Assembly: GCA_020348445.1 (NCBI GenBank)
Contig: CP070751.1
Location: forward strand, 420,494 to 484,493
Direction of reading: 5' to 3'
From: Thermoplasmata archaeon
GTDB lineage: Archaea > Thermoplasmatota > Thermoplasmata > GCA-020350865
DNA: 64,000 bases
This document shows, one piece after another, positions 41,058 through 49,688 of this stretch; the first letter of the stretch is position 1; the number at the start of each line of letters is the position of its first letter. The notes under the pieces were generated by a model that was given only the letters and a program-made list of their open reading frames with translations, did no database searches and was not told the DNA's origin. Position numbers and translations under genes: made by a program.

Positions 41058-41960
41058 TCAGGTCTCCTTTTTACCTGTAATTGTATAGCCAAAGACCGTG
41101 CTCACCGACAGTGCGTTGGACTTGCATTCCCTTGCGCAGCGGCCGCATTTGACACAATCCAGCTTGCTTTTTAAATCGTCCTCTGTGGGATCCAGGCCCA
41201 TGGGGCAGACTTTTTTACACCTCTCGCATTGGGTGCACCATTTGAAATCGTACCTTCGCTTTATGGATGAGAACGGATTCAAAAGCGAGAAAACGGCTCC
41301 CAGTGGACAGAAGTACCTGCACCATGCTCGGCCGTGTGTGAAATAGCTGAACGTGAAGTAAAATGCGAACAAGGCCAGATGATATATGAGCCAAAAGGCG
41401 CTGACGGTCTGCCAGGTCAGCCAGTACGGCACCACCCCCAACAAAGCTCCGAAACACAGGTACCTGCACCAGAAAATGGAGGCTGTGAGGACGGCCAATA
41501 TAACGACACCTACGAGGTAGATGTACTTCCACAATCTCAACCAATCAGGTGGTCTATATTTATGGGTACAAACCTTGTTGCAGGTGTCAAGGATAAGACC
41601 AAAGGGACACAGCCAACCGCAGATCGCCCTGCCCAATGCAGTGCCAAAACCAAGTACAACTCCAAATACATAAAAAGGCAACCGGAAGTTAATAACATAC
41701 TGCTGCAGCATACCCACAGGACAGCCCAGCCACGCGAGCTCGCAGGCCTGGCAGTTGAGTGTGCACGTGATTCCACTCGTTCTCGGAATTGGTGCATGCC
41801 ACCCACCGGGTAGCTTCCTGAAGATACCGAGTCTGTGAAATCCAAAACTAAGTACCTGGCTTACCAAACGGAACTTCGGGCCTCCCAGTAGTATGACAAT
41901 CATCATAACCACTATGATTATGATCATACTTCCAAGGATTAACGGAAATTCTCCTGCCAT
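41058..41960 (-). CDS. Membrane 4Fe-4S binding protein (NapH/CcoG-like polyferredoxin)
   Basis: CGWLCPFG and WCRYFCPLG motifs, and two CxxCxxCxxxC ferredoxin motifs. Confidence 0.9.
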   Translation of the reverse strand: MAGEFPLILGSMIIIIVVMMIVILLGGPKFRLVSQVLSFGFHRLGIFRKLPGGWHAPIPRTSGITCTLNCQACELAWLGCPVGMLQQYVINFRLPFYVFGVVLGFGTALGRAICGWLCPFGLILDTCNKVCTHKYRPPDWLRLWKYIYLVGVVILAVLTASIFWCRYLCFGALLGVVPYWLTWQTVSAFWLIYHLALFAFYFTFSYFTHGRAWCRYFCPLGAVFSLLNPFSSIKRRYDFKWCTQCERCKKVCPMGLDPTEDDLKSKLDCVKCGRCARECKSNALSVSTVFGYTITGKKET

Positions 41961-42064
41961 CTTCGCTCCCCACCGAGTTCTTATATCGTGACTTCTTTAC
42001 ACCACCTTCAATATGATCAATTTACACAAACTAACTTTTCTAACACACATTAATTGCCACATTG

Positions 42065-42274
42065 TTAGTACCCAATGGATCTAGCCCAATCGTAATTGGC
42101 AAATTCTCTAACAAACCAGTCATCACCCACCTGAAATGCCAGAAAAAGCAGTAAAAATGCAATGACGTACAATATCAGCCTCATTCGCCCGATAAACTCG
42201 GGTTTCACACTAAAATCAACGATTCTTTGTTTCAGGGATTTTTTCTCCCTTTTTACTTTCCCATTTCTTCTCAT
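42065..42274 (-). CDS. Small single-pass membrane protein
   Basis: Basic N-terminus plus one TM. ATG 42274 follows GGAGG. Lies upstream of the 4Fe-4S gene. Confidence 0.55.
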   Translation of the reverse strand: MRRNGKVKREKKSLKQRIVDFSVKPEFIGRMRLILYVIAFLLLFLAFQVGDDWFVREFANYDWARSIGY

Positions 42275-42504
42275 CTCGCTTCCTCCGTTCACTCTTTTAT
42301 ACCCTTATTTTGCCTCCAACACGTACGGATGCACCAGGTTTTTTATGGAATTTGGAATGCCAAATCCATCATTTCTATAATCTACGGAATCTGGTTGGGT
42401 ATCCTGACACCCCATATAAACAGGTACATATTTATTTAGATTTCTCTTTAATTATCGGTAACCGATATAAATTACTTCGACGATAAAAGAACCCAAAATG
42501 AACG

Positions 42505-43875
42505 TTATTTCTCACAAAAGGTCTGGTGTATCGCTGAGATCGTCTTTTTTAAATCAATTCTTTTAATTATGAAATGTGAAGCCACTGACGAAGCTCCTGC
42601 CGAGATCATCTCCACATTGACTCCAGCTTTGGAGACAGCAGAGAATATCTTACCTGCCAGTCCTCTATTTTCCCGTGAGCCTTCACCCACAACACATACA
42701 AGTGCTATATCGCTTAGATGGTCTATATGTTCAATTACACCGCCCTGGACTCCATTTAGGGCTTCATTGCAAATTGAAAGGTCATTTTTATGGATTAAAA
42801 GGCTGAGCTGGGTATGGGATGTTGAAACTGAATAGATATTTATATTGGAGTCACCCAGGGTGCTTGTAACTTCCTTTAACACTCCTGGCCTGTATCCTGC
42901 ACCAGCACCCGATACCTTTATTTCTATTAGGTCTTTTGAATACACCACACTTTTTATGACTTTTTCCGTCTTAAATCCCGTTTTTTCTATGGTGGTACCG
43001 TCTTTGTTAGGTTTCAATATATTTTTGATGACAATGGGTATATCCTTCTCTCTTGCAGGTTGTACAGTCCTGGGATGCAAAAGTCCTATTCCAAAATAGG
43101 CAAGCTCCGCAGCCTCATCATAGGAGAGCCTTTGGATGGTATGGGCATTTTCAATGATACTTGGATTGGCGCTCATGAATCCATCCACATCCTTCCAAAG
43201 CTCCAGTATGTCAGCATTCAATGCATTAGCGATAACGGCAGCACTGTAGTCTGAGCCGTTTTTTCCGAATGTGGTGGTCCTCCCTTTTGAATCGCAGCCA
43301 AAAAATCCAGTGATCACTGGGATGGTACCCTTTTGAATACCGGGAAGGATGTTCTTTTTAAGATTCTCTTTGGTCTTAATAAGATCCGCGGTGGCATTTA
43401 AGAAAATCCCGTCCGTCACAACACCCGCCAAATCCGCCTCATAGGCCTTGGCCTTGACATTCTTTGAGAGCAGCATACCTTCCATGATATAGGCACTTGC
43501 GCGCTCCCCAAAGCTGAGTATTAGGTCCTTTGTGCGGGGCGTGAGTTCCTCTGTATAGACAACACCGTATAATAGCCGCTCCAATCTTAAAATGTGCTTG
43601 TTTAGGGTCTCGAGGATATCCTTTAAGACCGTTTTATCTGAAATGGTTTTCTTGACCATGAAAGTGTGTCTTTTCCATATCTTTTTTATGAATTCATCCA
43701 CTTCATGCCTTTTAATTCTGGATTGTGCGATAAATTCCCTGATTTCGTTTGTCTGGCCAGAAAGAGCCGATACCACCACGACCTTTTTTCCCTTCTCTTT
43801 TTGGATGATATTTCCGACATCCTTCATCATCTTGGGGTCCTTTATGGTGGCGCCACCGAATTTCATGACCTTCAT
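42505..43875 (-). CDS. lysC: Aspartate kinase
   Basis: MKFGG, VVVSA, SFGE, TTFGKNGSDYSA and KDVDG motifs, plus two ACT domains. Confidence 0.95.
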   Translation of the reverse strand: MKVMKFGGATIKDPKMMKDVGNIIQKEKGKKVVVVSALSGQTNEIREFIAQSRIKRHEVDEFIKKIWKRHTFMVKKTISDKTVLKDILETLNKHILRLERLLYGVVYTEELTPRTKDLILSFGERASAYIMEGMLLSKNVKAKAYEADLAGVVTDGIFLNATADLIKTKENLKKNILPGIQKGTIPVITGFFGCDSKGRTTTFGKNGSDYSAAVIANALNADILELWKDVDGFMSANPSIIENAHTIQRLSYDEAAELAYFGIGLLHPRTVQPAREKDIPIVIKNILKPNKDGTTIEKTGFKTEKVIKSVVYSKDLIEIKVSGAGAGYRPGVLKEVTSTLGDSNINIYSVSTSHTQLSLLIHKNDLSICNEALNGVQGGVIEHIDHLSDIALVCVVGEGSRENRGLAGKIFSAVSKAGVNVEMISAGASSVASHFIIKRIDLKKTISAIHQTFCEK

Positions 43876-43952
43876 AGGTACACCTTTTCTGTTGCCGTAT
43901 TCTCATCTTCTGTCATCCATTATTATACTAATTACAATATCTTATCAATGAA

Positions 43953-45074
43953 TTAAATGTAACCCTCCATTTCAGCCAGCTCTGCATTCATTATGGAGCA
44001 TCCAGCAGCCCCTCTTACTGTATTATGTATTAAAAGGTAGAACCGTATTTTGCCATGGATCCTTTTTATTCGGCCGATTGTGACGGCCATACCCCTTGCC
44101 CTTTCAGGCTCTCCATTGTAAACATCAAATATTGGTTGGGGCCTGCTTTCATCTTCGGTTACGATAATGGGCCTTTTTGGTGACGTAGGAGTTTTATTAT
44201 CAAGACCTTCATAACCAGATAGAGCTCTTTTTACCTCCTCTTCTGAAACATCTTCCTTAAAATCCACCAAAACGGACTCAAGATGTCCGTCTCTTACAGG
44301 AACCCGTGCACAGCTTGCATATACATTGATAGGTGAATGTTCTATCCCAGAATCTGTCAATTTACCCAGTATCTTCCTGCATTCCACCTCGATTTTCTCC
44401 TCCTCGGATTGAATATATGGAACTATATTTCCCGTAATGTCCAGGGAGGGCACACCAGGATATCCAGCTCCCGAGAGGGCCTGGTAGGTGGTAACGACCA
44501 CGCTCTTTATTCCAAAGGCCTCATGAAGCGGTTTTAAGGCCGTGGCAAGGCCTGTTACAGAGCAGTTGGCATTGGTCACCACATACCCGGATTTTGTCTT
44601 CTTTTGATGCTCCACAAGAGCCAGATGATCTGGATTGATATCGGCGATAAGCAGGGGAACATAATCTGCCATACGATTGGCACTGGCATTTGAGAAAACG
44701 AAAAAACCCAAAGATGCCAGATCCATTTCCACATCCTTGGCTATTTTAGGCGGCAGGGCGCTGAATATCAGTTTTATTTCCTTATCCTTGAAGGTTTTAG
44801 GATGGATTTGCTCCACATTCATCTCGCCTATTCCCTCGGGCATTATTTCCTTTAATCTCCAGCTTGCTATATCCCTATAAATATGACCCTGGGATTTTCC
44901 TGAAGCTACCACAACTCGCAAATCGAACCACGGATGGCCCCAAAGAAGCGCAACAAATCTTTGTCCCACGGCTCCTGTGGCTCCAATTACCGCAACTGGG
45001 ATTTTATCCAGATTCTCACGACCCTGACATTCACGATATATAGAATATTTTCTTTTTTTCATTCCAGATAGCAT
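43953..45074 (-). CDS. asd: Aspartate-semialdehyde dehydrogenase (archaeal type); true start probably about 20 codons downstream
   Basis: GATGAVGQRF, NANCS, QALSGAG, SCARVPVRDGH and HNTVRGAAG motifs. Confidence 0.95.
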   Translation of the reverse strand: MLSGMKKRKYSIYRECQGRENLDKIPVAVIGATGAVGQRFVALLWGHPWFDLRVVVASGKSQGHIYRDIASWRLKEIMPEGIGEMNVEQIHPKTFKDKEIKLIFSALPPKIAKDVEMDLASLGFFVFSNASANRMADYVPLLIADINPDHLALVEHQKKTKSGYVVTNANCSVTGLATALKPLHEAFGIKSVVVTTYQALSGAGYPGVPSLDITGNIVPYIQSEEEKIEVECRKILGKLTDSGIEHSPINVYASCARVPVRDGHLESVLVDFKEDVSEEEVKRALSGYEGLDNKTPTSPKRPIIVTEDESRPQPIFDVYNGEPERARGMAVTIGRIKRIHGKIRFYLLIHNTVRGAAGCSIMNAELAEMEGYI

Positions 45075-45199
45075 CTTTTATTAAATAAACTTTTTACTGA
45101 AAATATCGGGTCGTGAAAATGGGGTGATTTATAATAAATATATCAATTATATAACTTCCTCTATGTAACGAATCGATATTTAGAGAAAATAGGGTGGTA

Positions 45200-45370
45200 T
45201 TTTTTCATGGCGCCCCACCCAAGGCGCTCGGTAGTAAGGGGAGCTTGACGATGAAAGGACAGTTGAGTTCCTTAGTGTTGGAGATGAAGAGAATCATGGA
45301 TATCTGATGTTTCAGATTTTTATCAGCTTGCCCTTTCTTCAACACCTCCCCTTAGGGCTCAAGCCCTTGG
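45200..45370 (-). ncRNA. Conserved structured leader-like element, copy 1 (no RBS part)
   Basis: On the - strand: 5' hairpin GGGC-TTGA-GCCC, GGGGAGGTGT box, then GAGCGCC-TTGGGTG-GGGCGC hairpin. BRE/TATA (CGAAAA-TTTTATATA) lies about 25 nt upstream. Confidence 0.6.
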
Positions 45371-45607
45371 TACTTAATTGTCTTGCCAGATATATAAAAT
45401 TTTCGAATCAATTTTATTTATTAATATTAACTTATTAACATTATCTTAACTTTTATTTAAATCGAAACAAAATAATAAAATATCCAGATGATAAAAATAA
45501 TTGAATTTGCCCCGATTTTGCCGAAAATCCCCTCTAATCTCTTGATTTTCTTTAAAAAATATAAAAAAAGGAAGAAGGTTTAGGGTGGACATTAGCGTTC
45601 CAATAGT

Positions 45608-47521
45608 TCAATGTATTATTCTCACTGTGTCGGATCCTTCAAAAGACATGCCGCCAATAAGCTGTCCCGTGACCTTGAATTCAGCAGGTCTTCCGTAGCC
45701 TCCTCCTACTACCAGATCCTCAAGATCACCGCGGTCGAACTTCACATTCAAAGAGTCCCCTGTCAGTGTTGGATTTTCGGCCGGAATAATACTCTCCAGA
45801 TACATTGTTGCTGGATCAATATCTGCCTCATCATAACCATCTGGCAGCTTGATTATGCACGAGACCCATTTGCCATTGCTCTTGAGATTCAATGTCTCTG
45901 GGTGGATCTCTATATCTGCGGGAATCAATTTTATCAATTGGGTCAGATAAGCCTTTGCACCCCACAATTGCAGGGTCTGGGTCCAGTAGGCCCTAACGCC
46001 TGTTAAGTTGGTACCTGGTTTGACCCACACTCCAAAGTGCACCCACTCGCAGTGCTCAATGGGATGGTCCGGGTCCTTCCATATGATTTCTGTACCTTTT
46101 CCGCTGGGAAGCCAGGTGATATGCGGTGGAGTTCCCCATCCGCCGTATAAAGTGGGTCCCCAAGTCTTGTTCACCCAGTAATAGCTGGGAGCCTTTCCCT
46201 TCCAGTACCATTTATCTATGTCCGATGGCTGCACCCCGAATAGCTCCAACTCGAAATTATCGACTTTCTCATGGTAGTCGTTGTGTACGTCGAAGTTAAC
46301 CAACTGGCCGACTATGGTCGGAGTGCTATTGGCCTCTATTATGGCTTCATTGACAAAATGGCCCTCGATGATATTGGGAGTGGATCCAAATGCCACAGTG
46401 TAGCGAACCAAAACAGCTCTATCGCCTGGATTGGTGGGAATATCATACTCCAAAACATCACCGGCTTCCATTATGGCTGGGTCCCTGATTCCATCTCCAT
46501 CCATGTCCACATCTATCTCTTCCCAAGGTAACATCTCTGTCCCATCCCATGTGAGGTCATCCAACGGGATTTCGTCCTGAAGGACCACGAAGTCACGGAG
46601 AAGTGCCGCGGGCTCTGGGTGCGGTTCGCCGGCCGGGGGTTCTGGCTCGTATACAATAAAATCTGTTACTCCTCCGGAAAATTGTCTCCAGAACTGAATT
46701 GGTGCTGGAATGCGCTTTACCTTCTTCTCCAGTCTGAGGGCAACACCGAAATGGATCCACTCGCATGGCTGAACAGGATGACCCGGGTCTATCCATTCTA
46801 TCTCTATGCCACCTGGTATAGTGTTAATCTGCGGTGGTGCGCCCCAACCCCCATACCATACTGTTCCAAGGGATGTGTTGTACCGGGTAGGTGGACCTGC
46901 TGGATCGTAGACATAGAGAATATCGTCTGGTTCTATATTGCCGTAAAGCTCCAGCTCGAAGTTGTCAATGGGTTCGTGATAGTCGTTGTGAACGTCGAAG
47001 TTCGAAAGGGAGCCCCTAATGGCTGGGGGACTTCCTCTCTCGAGTATGGCCTCGTTGATGAAATGTGCCTCGATCACATCGGGAGAAGATTCCCACGCCA
47101 CTGAGTATCGAACTAAAACTGCATTGTCGTTATCGGTAATGGGTATTGTTACCCTTATTTCTCCGTTTAAGGGTATTAATGCGCCTGGGTATGGATCTAT
47201 CTCAACCCAATGTTGTCGCAGTATTTCTGGGTCCTGTATTGTGAGATGGTTTAGTGGAATTGCCATATCTGCCACAGCATACTCGCGCTGAACATATACT
47301 CCATCATCAGTTCCTGGTGGATCGAAGAATATGATGTCCTCAACACCGATTACAGCTTCCCCTGTTGGATCTGTAGGGTCCCTTACGATTCGCCACTTCT
47401 GCCACGGGACCGGGATCTTTTTCACTTTCTTTACATCATAATCTCCCGCTGTGGGAGTCACGAATAGCGCCATTGCTACCAATGCTAAACAAAGCAACAC
47501 GCTTATCGCTTTTCCTCGCAT
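45608..47521 (-). CDS. Secreted protein with a tandem-duplicated ~235-aa unknown domain and a TLNLKSxGKW-type C-terminal domain
   Basis: Signal peptide; two copies of AVLVRY...HFxNEAI...NFDVHNDYHE..DNFELEL...YGGWG.PP...CEW.HFGV. Strong RBS. Confidence 0.85.
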   Translation of the reverse strand: MRGKAISVLLCLALVAMALFVTPTAGDYDVKKVKKIPVPWQKWRIVRDPTDPTGEAVIGVEDIIFFDPPGTDDGVYVQREYAVADMAIPLNHLTIQDPEILRQHWVEIDPYPGALIPLNGEIRVTIPITDNDNAVLVRYSVAWESSPDVIEAHFINEAILERGSPPAIRGSLSNFDVHNDYHEPIDNFELELYGNIEPDDILYVYDPAGPPTRYNTSLGTVWYGGWGAPPQINTIPGGIEIEWIDPGHPVQPCEWIHFGVALRLEKKVKRIPAPIQFWRQFSGGVTDFIVYEPEPPAGEPHPEPAALLRDFVVLQDEIPLDDLTWDGTEMLPWEEIDVDMDGDGIRDPAIMEAGDVLEYDIPTNPGDRAVLVRYTVAFGSTPNIIEGHFVNEAIIEANSTPTIVGQLVNFDVHNDYHEKVDNFELELFGVQPSDIDKWYWKGKAPSYYWVNKTWGPTLYGGWGTPPHITWLPSGKGTEIIWKDPDHPIEHCEWVHFGVWVKPGTNLTGVRAYWTQTLQLWGAKAYLTQLIKLIPADIEIHPETLNLKSNGKWVSCIIKLPDGYDEADIDPATMYLESIIPAENPTLTGDSLNVKFDRGDLEDLVVGGGYGRPAEFKVTGQLIGGMSFEGSDTVRIIH

Positions 47522-47527
47522 CTGTTT

Positions 47528-47730
47528 TCACCTCCTCCCTGCGAAGGGATTATTGGTTTTTTTTGTCATTGCGCCCCACCTCGGCGCTCAATATTGGGGG
47601 ATTGTTATTTAAGAACCCTTTTGTTAAGTTATTAAGAGATATTCTAAAAATCACTGATATCCTGGCTATGAGATTAACTTCACAAGTTCTCTTTCTCTCT
47701 GACACCTCCCCCCAAAGGCATTTGCCTTGG
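47528..47730 (-). ncRNA. Conserved structured 5' leader, copy 2
   Basis: 5' hairpin CCAAGGCA-AA-TGCCTTTGG, GGGGGGAGGTGTCAGAGAGA, GAGCGCCGAGGTGGGGCGC (47571-47589), then AAAACCAATAATCCC..GGGAGGAGGTGA before ATG 47521. Confidence 0.7.
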
Positions 47731-48246
47731 CAGTTGATTGCAATGAAAATACTTAATATTTTCGTATATATATAAATTAAAAATTATATTAACAATCTCG
47801 CATTTGTATTACACTTTTACATTCTTTTTTGTTACAACTTTGCAATACAGCGCCTTATCTATGGTAAACACTTTAATGAAAAATCGATAATGCGTTCTTT
47901 GGGGGAGATGTAAATTGGGAGAGCGAATTATAAGTTGGGATTAAAGGAACCAAACCAACATATTCAAACTCTCGAAATCTATATCAAAGCCCTGGGATAT
48001 TTTTCCACCCCCCCCAAAGTTTTTCCACGCGAAGATTTGTATGGAATAGAAATATATAAAAGTTGCGAAGAGGCAATATGATATTGTTATTTTTTTCTTT
48101 TATATTTAACTATATATTAAATCAACTCTTTAAAATAAAAATGCCAGACCTGAAAATTTATAACAAAATAGTTGAAGATATGATAACCAGTTTTAAGGCT
48201 TCTAAATAAAAAAAGAAAAAAGTGAAAGATGCGTGGGTTGGGCTTA

Positions 48247-49326
48247 TCATTTGACTCTAAAGGCATTGCTTTCCCCCTCGAATTCTGTACCATCAACGAA
48301 CTTTCCTGTGATTTTTATGTTGTATACACCTGGTGGAAAGACGTCTTCCATTTCGCTGCGATCGAACTTGACCATTCGTTCAAGTATACCGTCATTGTCT
48401 TCATCCTTGATGTAACCGTCCTCTGACTTCACGAACCCGTATTTCTCATTTAATTCCGGCGGAATCGATTTTTCCATGAGGATCGTTTTTGGATTTATAT
48501 CTCTGACAGATAATGTGTCATTGATTTCGATATAGACGGTGACCCAATTTCCGCGCACACCTCCAGTTTTAAGGATGTTCAGTGTTGGAGGATTTATTTC
48601 TACACCAATAACAGTAACAGGAGGTACCTCTTTGGTGATGATCCCAAATCCCATATCCAGCGAATCGCCAGTCTCGGGGTCCCTCAGTTCCTCCCATGTT
48701 ATCGAATTGGGATCTCCGCCGGCCCAGTATCCCCAGACCGCATCATCCTCCCATTGAACATTAGAGGTCTTCCAGCCCCAAATGCCACCGGTGGCCGTTA
48801 CCTGAATGTCAAGCCAATAGATAGTTCCCAATTCCTGATAGTAGGCATCACCATCAGGGATGGTAACTTGATATTCGTACCAAAATTCATGATCATCCAA
48901 GTTCCATACATCATTATGGGGATCAAGCCAATTCTGCGTTGAATTAATTTGTGGTAGTATGTAGTCTGGCAGTGCGTTGTAGGACCACAGCTCATCACCC
49001 GGTTTACTGAAAAGAGGGCCAGGGCCATCCGGATCAGGGATATTTTCGTGAAGGCTCAGATGCACGTTCGTGATAATACCTATTTGATCCTCTTCCCATG
49101 ATCCCCAAAAACGAATTCCTACAATCAATCCGCTCTTGTTGCAAGGAAAGTCATCTGCCAAGATTGCAGGCCAGGTGGCGTTCACGTCCCAGCCACCTGG
49201 ATTCGGCGACTGTAAATACATGGGTTCAACCAAGGGATCGCCGCTCACAGTTCTCATTTCTGGTAAAACTGCACAGGTACCAATCAACAAAACACAGACC
49301 AAAATTCCAACTATTTCCTCTCTCAT
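48247..49326 (-). CDS. Secreted protein (ADDF...FWGSW jelly-roll-like domain + TLN-type C-terminal domain)
   Basis: Signal-like N-terminus; LADDFPC...IRFWGSW and YWLDI motifs. C-terminus is similar to that of the 45608-47521 product. Confidence 0.82.
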   Translation of the reverse strand: MREEIVGILVCVLLIGTCAVLPEMRTVSGDPLVEPMYLQSPNPGGWDVNATWPAILADDFPCNKSGLIVGIRFWGSWEEDQIGIITNVHLSLHENIPDPDGPGPLFSKPGDELWSYNALPDYILPQINSTQNWLDPHNDVWNLDDHEFWYEYQVTIPDGDAYYQELGTIYWLDIQVTATGGIWGWKTSNVQWEDDAVWGYWAGGDPNSITWEELRDPETGDSLDMGFGIITKEVPPVTVIGVEINPPTLNILKTGGVRGNWVTVYIEINDTLSVRDINPKTILMEKSIPPELNEKYGFVKSEDGYIKDEDNDGILERMVKFDRSEMEDVFPPGVYNIKITGKFVDGTEFEGESNAFRVK

Positions 49327-49333
49327 TTTTTTA

Positions 49334-49595
49334 TCACCTCCTCCCTGGCTTTGGGATTATTGGTTTTTTGACACATCGCTGTGCTCATCTTTCACACAGC
49401 AAATGCCGCGATTTGCCCGTGCAAATCCTGCCATAGCGCCCCACCTCGGCGCTCATTAATGGGAAGGCTGATTAAAAAAGAGCAAATTGTTCTTAAAATT
49501 GGAGATATGATCATTTATATTGTAAATATCTGGATTGTTTGATTAGAACCATCTGCTCCAATTCTCTCTGACACCTCCCCCCTAGTTTCTAGGAT
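49334..49595 (-). ncRNA. Conserved structured 5' leader, copy 3 (with ~60-nt insertion)
   Basis: 5' hairpin CCTAG-AAA-CTAGG, GGGGGGAGGTGTCAGAGAGA, GAGCGCCGAGGTGGGGCGC (49436-49454), AAAACCAATAATCCC..GGGAGGAGGTGA. TATA-like TTTATAT about 20-25 nt upstream. Confidence 0.7.
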
Positions 49596-49688
49596 GCAAA
49601 AGGAAATTGCGATATAAATACTTAAATCTTATGTAATTGAATAAAATGTTTTAAACAATGTGCCAATAGAAAAGTATTTATTTCAAAC

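Noticed and set aside
49371-49434. Resemblance of the copy-3 insert to a c-di-GMP-I riboswitch (GGGCAAA...GAAA)
   Set aside because: It lacks the GACGCAAAG junction and the second stem, so the match is only superficial.
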